Positions 39,908 through 50,005 of a stretch of DNA of 64,000 nucleotides are shown one piece after another. The position numbers were made by a program, and so were the translations under genes. The DNA comes from Nitrospiraceae bacterium (GTDB lineage: Bacteria; Nitrospirota; Nitrospiria; Nitrospirales; Nitrospiraceae). The DNA is taken from assembly GCA_050246315.1 (NCBI GenBank), contig JBFWWG010000003.1, positions 288,001 through 352,000 of the forward strand, written 5' to 3'. Positions within the stretch are counted from its first letter, which is position 1. Every line of letters starts with the position of its first letter. A model generated the notes under the pieces. The model searched no databases and had not been told where the DNA came from. It saw nothing but the letters and a program-made list of their open reading frames with translations.

Positions 39908-40879
39908 TTAGGCAGAGGCGGCCAGAATGCCGCTGACCCGGCCCATGGCTCGGTACTTCTGCTCACGCTGCTGAATCAGGTCCCCCGGCGACAGGTCCTG
40001 CAATTCCTGCAGGGCTTGGGCGAATGCCTTTCCCAGCCTCGTCCCCATCAGTGCCGGATCCCGGTGAGCTCCCCCGATCGGTTCCGGCACGATCTCGTCC
40101 ACGATGCCGAAGTCCCGGAGGTCTTTGGCCGTCATCCGCAGAGCGACCGCCGCATCAGGCACTTTGGCCGGATCATCCCAAAGAATCGCGGCACAGCCTT
40201 CCGGGGAGATCACAGAGTAGACCGTGTGTTCGAGCATGAGCACACGGTCGGCCACCCCGAGCGCCAGCGCCCCGCCGCTTCCACCCTCGCCAATGATCAC
40301 CGAAACGACCGGCACCTTCAATTGCGACATCACGAGGAGGTTGCGGGCGATGGCCTCGGCCTGGCCCCGTTCTTCGGCCCCGATCCCGGGGTAGGCGCCG
40401 GGCGTGTCGATAAAGGTCAGGATGGGACGGTTAAACTGCTCCGCCAATCGCATCAGCCGGAGCGCCTTCCGATATCCCTCCGGGTTGGGCATGCCGAAAT
40501 TTCGTTGCATGCGCTCCTTGAGGGTCTTGCCCTTCTGGTGACCAATGACCAGCACCGACCGGCCCTCGAATCTGGCGAACCCGCCGAGAATGGCCCGATC
40601 ATCCCCATAAAGTCGGTCCCCGTGCAATTCCACAAACTCCTGGCAGAACTGAGTGATGTAATCGAGCGTGGAGGGGCGCTGGGGGTGCCGGGCGACCTGG
40701 GTGCGCTGCCAAGGAGTCAGATGGTGGTACAGCTCATGCTCGGTCTGAGCTAGTTTCGCTCGGAGCTTCCGGATCTCGTCCTGTGTCGAGGACTTGGCAG
40801 CGGTTCCGGAGGCCGTCAATTTCTCGATGCGTTCTTCGATGTCGCGGAGAGGCTTTTCGAACTCCAAGTAATCGCGCAT
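39908..40879 (-). CDS. accA: Acetyl-CoA carboxylase carboxyltransferase alpha subunit
   Basis: YLEFEKP, ARHPQRP, ELHGDR, PEGYRKA, IDTPGAYPG, GEGGSGGAL. Confidence 0.97.
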   Translation of the reverse strand: MRDYLEFEKPLRDIEERIEKLTASGTAAKSSTQDEIRKLRAKLAQTEHELYHHLTPWQRTQVARHPQRPSTLDYITQFCQEFVELHGDRLYGDDRAILGGFARFEGRSVLVIGHQKGKTLKERMQRNFGMPNPEGYRKALRLMRLAEQFNRPILTFIDTPGAYPGIGAEERGQAEAIARNLLVMSQLKVPVVSVIIGEGGSGGALALGVADRVLMLEHTVYSVISPEGCAAILWDDPAKVPDAAVALRMTAKDLRDFGIVDEIVPEPIGGAHRDPALMGTRLGKAFAQALQELQDLSPGDLIQQREQKYRAMGRVSGILAASA

Positions 40880-40935
40880 AGGGAGGCCTCAGGGTAGGAG
40901 ATATGGTGTCTGTCAGGTGGCGAGTATCAGCGGGC

Positions 40936-43900
40936 CTAGGATACCAAACCGACCACCCCTTTGCCTAGTACTTCTTCAACATCCGCCACAAAGTACTCGC
41001 TGGGGGTCACCTTGATCGTGGGGAGGGGTCCGGTGTCGGCCTCGAAGTCCGACCCGACCCTGAAGGTCAGACATACCATGGTGGACCCGGGATGCCGCTG
41101 CAAGACCTCCTGGAGACGGCTGAGCCGGAGACCGGCCTCGGGCGTATCCGACACCGTGATCGTGACCTTGCTGATGGCCTTGGCCTGCAACTCGGCCAGG
41201 AGCTCAACCTTAACGCCCCGGATCTTGGTTCCCTTTTCCCCTCGGTCTACAGTGCCGGTGATACGGACCACCTGCTCGGGCACCAGCAGCTCGGACGCCG
41301 TCTGATAGAGGTCGGGAAACACGATGATCTCCGCCGTTCCCTGTAAGTCCTCCACCGCGACATAGGCCATCTTGTCGCCTTTCTTGGTGACCAAGTTCTT
41401 GACGGTCGCGATGATCCCGGCCAGACGCACCTCCTTGCCGTCTCCGATCTCGGAGAGGGTTTGGGTCGTGGCTGTGGCAAAACTCCGGACCGCGGCTTCA
41501 TATCGCGCCAAGGGGTGTCCCGTGATATAGAACCCTGTCAGCTCCCGCTCGAACTTCAACCGCTGAGCCTGGTCCCACTCAGGGACGTTTGGTAGCGGGG
41601 GATCGATAGGGGCGGAAGGCGCATCCGTGGCTTCCAGGTCGCCGAAAATGCTGGTCTGACCGCTCGCCCGCTCCCGCTGCGCCGCCGCTCCTTCTTCCAT
41701 GGCTTGATCCAGCACGGCCATGAGCTGGGCCCGCCTGGCCCCCATCGAATCGAACGCGCCGGCCTTGATCAGCCCTTCCATCATCCGCTTGTTGACCTTG
41801 TGCAGGTCCACGCGCCGGCAGAAATCGAAAAATGACCGGAACCGTCCGGCATCGGTTCGGATCTTGATGACGGATTCGACCGCGCCTTCCCCCACGTTCT
41901 TGATCGCCGCCAGCCCGCAGCGAATGCTCCCATCCACCACGGCGAAGCTCTTGTGGCTCTCGTTGACATCCGGCGGCAGGATCTTGATGCCGAGGTCCCG
42001 GCATTCCGTGAAGTAGCCGACGAGCTTGTCCGAGTTCCCCATTTCGCTCGTGAGCAGCGCCGCCATGAACTCGGTCGGGTAGTGGGCCTTGAGATAGGCG
42101 GTCTGGTAACACACCACAGCATAGGCGGCCGCGTGCGACTTGTTGAATCCGTAGCCGGCGAACTTCTGGATCAGGTCGTAGAGTTTTTCGGCTTTCTTTT
42201 CCGTGACTTTCTTACCTTTGGCGCCTTCCAGGAATTTGGCCTTGAGCTTCTCCATCTCCTCCGGCTTCTTCTTCCCCATCGCCCGCCGAAGAATGTCCGC
42301 TTGGCCGAGCGAGAATCCGGCCACCTTGTTGGCGATGGCCATGACCTGCTCCTGATAGACGATGATCCCGTAGGTATCCTTGAGGATCGGCTCCAGCTCC
42401 GCCATTTCGTATGTGATGGCAATCTTCCCCTGCTTGCGCTTGATGAAGTCGGGGATCAGGTCCATCGGACCGGGCCGGTAGAGGGCGATGATGGCGATGA
42501 TGTCCTCGAACCGGTCCGGCCTGAGACCGGTCAGCAAATCGCGCATGCCCGAACTTTCCAATTGAAACAGGCCGGTCGTCTTGCCGGATGAGAGCAGCGC
42601 AAAGGTCTTCGCGTCGTCGAATGGAATCCGCTCGACCGTGAACGACAGGCCGGGATGCGTTTCATTGACAAGCCGTTCAGCCTGCCGGACCATCGTGAGC
42701 GTCTTGAGCCCCAGAAAATCGAACTTGACCAGCCCGATTTTTTCGACATCTCCCATCGAATATTGGGTCACGACTTCGTCGTTGGCCCCCTTGTAAAGGG
42801 GCACGTGATCCGTCAGCGGCTCTTCCGAGATCACGACACCGGCCGCATGGGTTGATGCGTGGCGCGCCAGCCCTTCCAACGACTGCGCGATCGACATCAA
42901 CTCTTTGAACTTGGACTCGGTCTCGACCAACTCTCTCAGCTTGGGCTCCTGGTCCAGCGCCTGCTGCAAGGTAATGTTGAGCTGGTTCGGGACCAATTTG
43001 GCGACCTTATCCACCTCCGCATAGGGGATCTCCATCACACGCCCGACGTCGCGGATTGCGGCCTTGGCCCCGAGTGTCCCGAACGTAATGATCTGGGCCA
43101 CGTGGTCGGAGCCGTATTTGTCCACCACGTAGTTGATGACCTCGCCTCGACGGTCCATGCAGAAATCCATATCGATGTCGGGCAGGGACACACGCTCGGG
43201 ATTCAGAAACCGCTCGAAGAGGAGGCTGTAGACCAGCGGATCCAAATCGGTGATGCGTAAGGCATAGGCCACCAGGCTCCCTGCCGCAGAACCTCGTCCA
43301 GGCCCGACGGGGATCCCACGCGAACGGGCGAACTTGATGATGTCCCAGACAATTAGGAAATAGCCGGCAAATCCCATCGCACAGATGATGGCCAGCTCCT
43401 CGCGCAAACGCGCGTCATAGTCCAGGGTCGGCAGAGTCCCAGGACGTTCGCTCAGCCGCGCAGCCAAACCCTCGATCGCCAAGTGTTCGAGATAGGTCTC
43501 ACGTGTGTAGCCATCCGGCACCTTGTATTGAGGGAGGTAGGTCTTGTTCAGGGTCAGTTGCAAATCGCATTGCTCAGCGATCCGCACCGTGTTGCTCACA
43601 GCGTCCGGCAACTCGGAAAACTCGCGTATCACTTCGTCGGTGGACTTGACGTACAATTGATCCGTGTCGAACCTCATCCGATTGGGGTCATTGAATGTCT
43701 TGCCGGTTTGCAGGCAGAGCATGAGGTCGTGGGGCCGGGAGTCTGCTTGCTTCAGATAGTGACAGTCGTTGGTCCCGGCAAGCGGAATGCCGAGCTTCTT
43801 GTGAATCTCAAGCAATCCGTCGTTGGCGATCCGTTGATGCTCCAGCCCGTTGGCCTGCAGTTCCAGATAGTAACTGTCCTTGCCGAAGATCTCCCGGTAT

Positions 43901-44388
43901 TCGCCGGCCACCCGGGTGGCCCCTTCTATATCCTTCTGACCGATGAGGTAGGCCACTTCACCGCTCAAACAGCCCGAGAGGGCGATCAGCCCATCATGAT
44001 GCTGCTGTAATAATTCCTTATCCATCCGTGGCTTATAGTAGAACCCTTCAAGATACGCTTTACTCACCAACTTGATGAGATTTTGATAGCCGGTGAGGTT
44101 CCGCGCGAGCAGGATCAGATGGTAGTAGTCGTTGTGGGCAAGGCCGCTATCTTTTGCAAAACGGCTCCCCGGCGCCATGTAAGCTTCACAACCGATGATC
44201 GCCTTCACTCCGGCATCCTTGGCCTTCCGGTAGAACTCGACCGCCCCGAACATGTTGCCGTGATCGGTCATGGCCACCGCCGGTTGGCCGAAGCCTTTGA
44301 TCTGCTTCATCAGCGGATCGATTTGGTTGGCACCGTCGAGGAGGCTGTACTGGGTATGGAGGTGGAGGTGGACGAATTGCGGTGGCAT
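40936..44388 (-). CDS. dnaE: DNA polymerase III alpha subunit
   Basis: FVHLHLHTQYSLLDG, GPGRGSAAGS, PDIDMDF, KFDFLGL, YGFNKSH; start inferred at MPPQFVHL. Confidence 0.97.
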   Translation of the reverse strand: MPPQFVHLHLHTQYSLLDGANQIDPLMKQIKGFGQPAVAMTDHGNMFGAVEFYRKAKDAGVKAIIGCEAYMAPGSRFAKDSGLAHNDYYHLILLARNLTGYQNLIKLVSKAYLEGFYYKPRMDKELLQQHHDGLIALSGCLSGEVAYLIGQKDIEGATRVAGEYREIFGKDSYYLELQANGLEHQRIANDGLLEIHKKLGIPLAGTNDCHYLKQADSRPHDLMLCLQTGKTFNDPNRMRFDTDQLYVKSTDEVIREFSELPDAVSNTVRIAEQCDLQLTLNKTYLPQYKVPDGYTRETYLEHLAIEGLAARLSERPGTLPTLDYDARLREELAIICAMGFAGYFLIVWDIIKFARSRGIPVGPGRGSAAGSLVAYALRITDLDPLVYSLLFERFLNPERVSLPDIDMDFCMDRRGEVINYVVDKYGSDHVAQIITFGTLGAKAAIRDVGRVMEIPYAEVDKVAKLVPNQLNITLQQALDQEPKLRELVETESKFKELMSIAQSLEGLARHASTHAAGVVISEEPLTDHVPLYKGANDEVVTQYSMGDVEKIGLVKFDFLGLKTLTMVRQAERLVNETHPGLSFTVERIPFDDAKTFALLSSGKTTGLFQLESSGMRDLLTGLRPDRFEDIIAIIALYRPGPMDLIPDFIKRKQGKIAITYEMAELEPILKDTYGIIVYQEQVMAIANKVAGFSLGQADILRRAMGKKKPEEMEKLKAKFLEGAKGKKVTEKKAEKLYDLIQKFAGYGFNKSHAAAYAVVCYQTAYLKAHYPTEFMAALLTSEMGNSDKLVGYFTECRDLGIKILPPDVNESHKSFAVVDGSIRCGLAAIKNVGEGAVESVIKIRTDAGRFRSFFDFCRRVDLHKVNKRMMEGLIKAGAFDSMGARRAQLMAVLDQAMEEGAAAQRERASGQTSIFGDLEATDAPSAPIDPPLPNVPEWDQAQRLKFERELTGFYITGHPLARYEAAVRSFATATTQTLSEIGDGKEVRLAGIIATVKNLVTKKGDKMAYVAVEDLQGTAEIIVFPDLYQTASELLVPEQVVRITGTVDRGEKGTKIRGVKVELLAELQAKAISKVTITVSDTPEAGLRLSRLQEVLQRHPGSTMVCLTFRVGSDFEADTGPLPTIKVTPSEYFVADVEEVLGKGVVGLVS

Positions 44389-44460
44389 GGTGAAAAAAGT
44401 GAAACGGATTGTAGGAGGGGAGGGAGGGGAAGTCAAACGAGGAGAAGGAGAGAAGATGAT

Positions 44461-44880
44461 GAGGAAGCGATAGGGTGGGTCTCGTGCGCTCGCAGAGGCC
44501 GCACGATAGGAATGTGCTCCCTCGATGCGCGCGATTCGAGACCCACCCATCGCCTCCTCTCCGGACGGGGAGGGAAACAACGAGCAAGCTTGGAAGGAGC
44601 ATTGATATCGAAGCACTCGCCACGGACGGGGGAAGTCAAACCGAGCGGAGAGGGCGAGGCATGCCCGTATCAGTCTTGTGCTCCCGGAGGCCGCATGCTC
44701 GGAAGCATGCCCCCTCGACGGCCGCAATGGAACCGACACAGGCATGCCTCCCCAGATGAATTTTCTCCAATCCGATGGGAAGAGAGACAACCCTGCCGTC
44801 TTCACCAATGCAAAGTGAAGGAGTAATCAGCGAGCTCGGAGGGAACATCGAATACTCGCAGAGGCCGCACGATTGGAATG
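44461..44880. repeat. Cluster of ~100-nt palindromic repeats (two full, one partial)
   Basis: Hairpins at 44461-44559 and 44652-44753 share the inner GAGGCCGCA..GGAA..TGC.CCCTCGA; partial copy at 44855-44880. Confidence 0.7.
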
Positions 44881-45005
44881 AGAAAATACGCAGAAGGTCC
44901 TTCATCCCTTTCGGAGAACGGCGGAAACACAAACAACGGAGGTGCTGACAGATCACAGTGAGACGAGGATCGGCCTTCTTGATCCTATAGGACAGTCAGG
45001 CTAGC

Positions 45006-45110
45006 CTAGCAGCTTGCGAAAACCTCGATGTGTGTGCTTCAACGGGCTCAGCAGGCTCGAAAAACCCCGGTGTAGGCACCAATCGCTCCGTTCGTCCTGA
45101 AGCCCTCGAA
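45006..45110. repeat. REP-like repeat
   Basis: Similar to the IS3 flanks (35005-35047 and 33761-33772) and to the terminal motif near 48560-48578. Confidence 0.6.
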
Positions 45111-45256
45111 GTCTGTACGATTGCGTCAATCTTGCCTTAGCGGAAGCCGTTGACGGGGTCTTGATCACGGCGGACCGCAAATTGTACACGGCCATCGCCG
45201 GTGGGCCATATAATCCTCGAGTGTCCTGGATCGAGGATCTGCCACGGGTGGCATGA
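45107..45256 (+). pseudogene. C-terminal remnant of a VapC/PIN-domain toxin
   Basis: Manual translation RSLYDCVNLALAEAVDGVLITADRKLYTAIAGGPYNPRVSWIEDL; no start codon or N-terminus. Confidence 0.7.
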
Positions 45257-45556
45257 GTGGAACGGGCGGGTTATCTTCCCAGATCCTCACGGATCATTGT
45301 CATGCTTCAAAGGCCACACCCAACTCATGTCGGCTCCGAATTGGATGAATTGCCATGATCTCAGGGTTCATAGCGCATGAACCGACGGCGAGAATCGAGC
45401 GCATGTCATCCAGCCAGGCTGGCTATTCACATTTGGTAGACGTTGGAGTAGAGTGGCGCCCCTGCAATTCAAGAAGCGTGAACGGCGGTCTCCTGGCTCA
45501 GTCGAGGGGACGACACTTCACACCATTATCGTCTACCCCGAAAAGGAGGTCTCTGC

Positions 45557-46996
45557 ATGATGCCCGGTGTGCCCGCAATGTTGAGTGTGCTGGCCGGCTC
45601 ACTCGTGTTCTTGCTTGGACTCACGTCATCGCTGGCGGACTCGCATCTCGCCATCCCGAAGCCGACCGACCCGTTGCTCCCTCCTCCGCCTCCTCCGACC
45701 ATCGGCCCGTCCATCGTCAATCTGACCCTCAGCGTGTCGCTCCAACACCTCGCGCAAGCGGTGCAGGATTCCTTTCCCATCCACCATCAGCACGAGGACC
45801 AGTGGACGCCGGGCAAGCGGCTGATCGAAGGCGCCCCTTTTGAGTATCGGTACTACTTGTGGCGGGGGCCGGCGCAATTCAAGCTGACCGGGAACCAACT
45901 GGTCACAGAATTTCCGGACGTGCGATATCGCGTCGCCGCTCGCGTGTCAGAGACCGACGGCCAGACGCGCATGGGCACCTGTGGGTATGGTGATCAATGG
46001 CCGCGACATTTGCGCCTCACTGCCACTTCGTTACTGTCCTGGGCCGAATCCTGGCGGTTGCACACCATCACGACCTTTGAACCTCCGGCGTTGGTGGATG
46101 ATTGCCGACTCACTCCATTGATGGCGGACGTCGGCCCATTATTGGCTGCGGGGTTGAAGGAACGATTACCGCCGCTCGCGACGGCCATCGATCGAACCGT
46201 GGCGGAACGGGCAGAGGCTAAACAGCGGGCCGAAGGCATCTGGCAGCGCCTCCAGGAACCGGTCGAACTGAAGCGAGGCATGTGGCTTGCGTTTCGCCCA
46301 TCCGGTGCACAGGCCGGACCGATTACTCCCGATGGGGAGGCGAGTGTGCAGTCGGTCGTGAGTCTGGCATTCCATCCGACAGTCACCCTGGGACCCAAAC
46401 CTCCCGTGCCTGTCCTCCCTCTCCCACCGCTGCAACTCGACAAGGTGGCGGCTCCGGAAGGCCTGCACCTCAGCATCCCCGTGCAAGTGTCCTATGAGGA
46501 ACTGAACCGGCGCCTGATGCCCCAAGTCGTGGGAGAGGAAATTCAGCCGCCGGTCGGCTCGGCGACCAAGGTGACCGACCTGCAGGTGTACGGAAGCGGG
46601 GACCGGTTGATTGCTGCCGTCTCCGTGTCCGGCGGTGTAAATGGGACGCTCTATCTTGCCGGACGACCGTCACTCGACACAGCTACCCAGGTTCTGGAAT
46701 TTCGCGAATTCGGCTATACGATGGAGACGAAAAACGTACTGGCGAAGACCATCAACCGCATGATGTACGACGCCATTTTGGAGCAAGTGCTGCCGGATAC
46801 CAGGATCGATCTGCGCGATCTCTTTGAGGACCTCCGCAATCGGATCGAGCGACAACTCACACGAGAGCTAGTTCCAGGCACCTGGCTGGAGGGATCCGTC
46901 ACGCAACTGACTCCGCGCGGGATCTATCCCACCGAGAACGGCCTTGAGATCCAGGTCGTCGTGGACGGGAATCTGAAACTCACAATTGTGAAATGA
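45557..46996 (+). CDS. Exported protein, DUF4403-like
   Basis: Signal peptide, RBS AAGGAGG, long beta-rich two-lobed sequence with WQRLQEP and G.LYL.GRP. Confidence 0.65.
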   Translation: MMPGVPAMLSVLAGSLVFLLGLTSSLADSHLAIPKPTDPLLPPPPPPTIGPSIVNLTLSVSLQHLAQAVQDSFPIHHQHEDQWTPGKRLIEGAPFEYRYYLWRGPAQFKLTGNQLVTEFPDVRYRVAARVSETDGQTRMGTCGYGDQWPRHLRLTATSLLSWAESWRLHTITTFEPPALVDDCRLTPLMADVGPLLAAGLKERLPPLATAIDRTVAERAEAKQRAEGIWQRLQEPVELKRGMWLAFRPSGAQAGPITPDGEASVQSVVSLAFHPTVTLGPKPPVPVLPLPPLQLDKVAAPEGLHLSIPVQVSYEELNRRLMPQVVGEEIQPPVGSATKVTDLQVYGSGDRLIAAVSVSGGVNGTLYLAGRPSLDTATQVLEFREFGYTMETKNVLAKTINRMMYDAILEQVLPDTRIDLRDLFEDLRNRIERQLTRELVPGTWLEGSVTQLTPRGIYPTENGLEIQVVVDGNLKLTIVK

Positions 46997-47089
46997 TTGA
47001 GCACAGAGGTTCGAGCGGCACCGGCGACAACGGTTGGCAGGGAAGCGAGCGATCCGCGGCGGCGGCGGGCCGCCGCGGAACTCGTCAAC

Positions 47090-47872
47090 CTATGGGCTCA
47101 GATAGCCGGTGAGATTGTCTTGGACGGAACGGACTCCCTCCACATTCTTGGCCAATTCGACCGCCTTTTCGGCCTCCCGTTGCGCTTCAACGTTTCCCGT
47201 CAAGAAGACGCGGCCCTCAAGGGTCGCGACCGAAATCTTCCGCTGACTCAGGACCGGATCGGTGGCAATGGCATTCTTCACTTTCTCTGTGGCGTCCTTG
47301 TCACCCGCGGTGCCAAAGGCTAACGGAGGGAGGTACCCGACCAAGCTATTTTGAACAGATTCCACTTCTTCCACGTTCTTGGCCAATTCAACGGCCTGAT
47401 CGGCTTCCCGCTGCGTCGGGACGTTGCCGAGTAACTGTACCCGTTTCTTGTAAGTGGACACCTTAATGCCTCGTTCACGGAGCATGGGGTCCGACTCCAG
47501 GGCGGATTTCACCTGATCGGTGATCTCTTTGTCTCGAGCGGTGCTTTCCGTCACATGAGGTCGATGACCAACGAGGTTACTTTGCACAGACCGCACCTCC
47601 TCCACACTGTTCGCCAGATCGATCGCCTTATCGGCCTCCCGCTCATGGAGAACCTGTCCCTGCAGCAACACCCGGCCTTTGTAGCTGGACACCGCAATGT
47701 TCCGCTGGCTGAGCACCGGATCGGCCGCGAGGGCGCTCTTGACCTTGTCCGTGATTTCCTTGTCCGTCGCGGCGAAAGCCGTGGACCCCGTACCGAGCAC
47801 GAGGGCCAGCCCCACCGCTGTGATCACATTTCTCCAATGGCCTCGCACTCCTGTCCGCGTCGGCTGTTGCAT
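47090..47872 (-). CDS. Periplasmic triple BON-domain protein
   Basis: Signal peptide plus three repeats of DKEIT..VKSAL..DP.L....I.V.T..GRV.L.G.V. Confidence 0.9.
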   Translation of the reverse strand: MQQPTRTGVRGHWRNVITAVGLALVLGTGSTAFAATDKEITDKVKSALAADPVLSQRNIAVSSYKGRVLLQGQVLHEREADKAIDLANSVEEVRSVQSNLVGHRPHVTESTARDKEITDQVKSALESDPMLRERGIKVSTYKKRVQLLGNVPTQREADQAVELAKNVEEVESVQNSLVGYLPPLAFGTAGDKDATEKVKNAIATDPVLSQRKISVATLEGRVFLTGNVEAQREAEKAVELAKNVEGVRSVQDNLTGYLSP

Positions 47873-48175
47873 GGGTTCCTCCCTCCTTGTGAGATGGTGG
47901 TCAACTACGCCGGTTCCCTGCCGTGCCAGTGAAGAAGACGACAGAAGAAGATGGATCAGGTTGGGTCATTCGCGATGCTTCAACGAAAATGCACGTATGC
48001 TAGCACGTTCCCGGAGCAAAACCAAGAAACGGAGCGAGGCCACAGAGGCCCGTTCACCGGGTGCCCACGATACGGATGGAACCGCATGGAACGTGAGGAT
48101 TCACTGCCTCCCGCCATCCTATACCGTCTATCGCGCGTCTCGTTGTCATTCCAAACAATGACGGACTCCATCCAT

Positions 48176-48447
48176 CGCGACAGCGGGCGGCTGCGGGGTC
48201 GCCGGACCATCTGGGGCGGCCGCGCACCGGTCCGCACGGCCCTGTATATGGCCACCTTGGTGGCGACCCGCTGGAACCCGGTGATCCGGCAGTGCTATCA
48301 GCGCGTGCGCGCCGCCGGCAAAGCGCCCAAGGTCGCACTGGCGGCCGCGATGCGCAAGCTGCTGACCATTCTCAATGCGATGGTGCATCATGGGACTCGC
48401 TGGCGTTCCACCGTTCAGGTGGCTACTTGACAATCAAGACAGTTGCT
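48176..48447 (+). pseudogene. IS110-family transposase C-terminal fragment with right end
   Basis: RDSG..RG.R.I.GGR..VR.ALYMA...A.RWNP...Y.R....GK..KVAL.A.MRKLL.ILNAM. Confidence 0.88.
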
Positions 48448-48578
48448 CGGCCCTTCGCTCGCTGCGGCCTTGCCGGGCGGCCTTTTTGAGCATCCGGCAT
48501 GGCTGTCCGTCGTCGTTTGAGACCTCGATGTCCGTGACAATCATAAGCGTTGAAGACAGTTTTTCCGCAGCCTGCCAG
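48448..48578. repeat. REP-like repeat half adjoining the IS110 end
   Basis: 48448-48495 aligns by eye with 52695-52743. Confidence 0.6.
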
Positions 48579-49418
48579 ATCTTCATGAGGGCCAGCCTAG
48601 CAGGCGGTTGAACCACGTGCTCCCTTTAGCTCTCGTCTCGCTTCATTGCTGCGGCCTTGTTCCTCTGCTTCCATACGCTCACAATCTGAGCAATTCCGCA
48701 CAGCGCGCTCGTCGCAATTCCTCACGTCAGACGATCAACTCCGCACACCTCGCACCCTTCGCAGGCAATCCGATGCAAGCGTCAAACATTGCTACCACAA
48801 TGCTTTCTCCCTCGTGACGCCGCTCGCGCCGCCACGGTTGGTGAACACATTCTCGCGGGCAAGCATATTGCGTATACATGTTGCGTGCATTTGTTCCGGC
48901 GGTGCTTGGCAGACTCGCCAGCGTCCTGATCACCATGGCGCGGGTTATTAACAAGAGGGTGCGTCTCTCAGGTTGGGGCAAGCAAGATTGTTTCGGTTCC
49001 TTGAGGTCGTTCGAGACTGACGGGGCGCGAACCACAACGATCTCGCTGAGCCGGAGGCTCAAAAGGCCGCTCAGCGCAGACGTGGCGAGCGAAGAGGGGA
49101 ATCGTACCCGAGATGCCAGGTGCTCTTCTTCGTACCACGAGCCGAAAACGTTGAGCCACTGCACGTCAGGCCCATTGCATCCTGACGATGCAGCACCGAG
49201 TGCCTTAGCGACGCTGGTGGATGTTCCCCAAGAGTCTGTCAGCCTTCGGCGGCACGCCGGAAAGGAGGTGAGGCGGATGCGCCAAGCTCACAAGCGCGAC
49301 TCAAAGGGTGGTTATCTGCACGAGCGGTCTCCTCCTTGAGCCTCGCTCAAGCAACGACCAAAGGGACCGACGTGACAGTACACGTGTATACTCCGAGGGG
49401 AGTTCAAGAGGAGGATTT

Positions 49419-49904
49419 ATGCGAAGCCGTGATGCTTATCATACCATCGTTCTGTATATCATGGGAATTGCAGTGTGCTCGATGCTATTCGTCCTGCACC
49501 CGACAGTGACATCGGCAACGACAACCGGTCTGGGCTTGGACTGGCTGCCTCAACTCACCGATCACGTGCTGCGCGTGCAATACGGCACTGGGCCGGACGC
49601 CGGCAAGATGGAACCGTATGTGAAACAGCTCATGACGGTGCGCACGGCCTTGCTCGACGGGAAAGGTGCGGAGGTGTACAAAGGGATGAACCAGTTCATG
49701 GACATGTTAGAGACGACCAACAACGGGATTTCAAAAGCCACTGCCGACAAACTGTTTGACTATGCGTTCGAAGTGACACCGGCAAAGTTTATCGAAAAGA
49801 AGCGCTATCTCGCGTACTACAACAAGACCACGGCCCCTTACATTGACAATTTCCTGGAGAATGTTGGTGGTGGCGCGGCCGCGGCAGCACAGCTTGAACA
49901 ATAA
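49419..49904 (+). CDS. Hypothetical exported helical protein
   Basis: RBS GAGGAGG, hydrophobic N-terminus, followed by a GC hairpin at 49914-49943. Confidence 0.7.
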   Translation: MRSRDAYHTIVLYIMGIAVCSMLFVLHPTVTSATTTGLGLDWLPQLTDHVLRVQYGTGPDAGKMEPYVKQLMTVRTALLDGKGAEVYKGMNQFMDMLETTNNGISKATADKLFDYAFEVTPAKFIEKKRYLAYYNKTTAPYIDNFLENVGGGAAAAAQLEQ

Positions 49905-50005
49905 CCATCGTGACGGGGGCGGTACTGGCTTGAACCGCCCCCGCAGGACGGGTGGAGTATCGCCGTCCTCCGCTCCATTCGATTCCGGTCTCGAGGTTTC
50001 AGGCA

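Noticed and set aside
44389..44808. N-terminal extension of DnaE in the ORF track
   Set aside because: It runs through palindromic repeats; the conserved PHP domain starts at MPPQFVHLHLH
44461..45110. Repeats as a CRISPR array
   Set aside because: Irregular spacing, non-identical long palindromes and no cas genes
47880..48175. Bridge-RNA locus upstream of the IS110 fragment
   Set aside because: The 5' part of the transposase and the left end appear deleted; nothing shows this DNA belongs to the IS
48646..49339. ORFs in the 48.6-49.3 kb gap
   Set aside because: Overlapping ORFs with no RBS or recognisable motifs; likely non-coding
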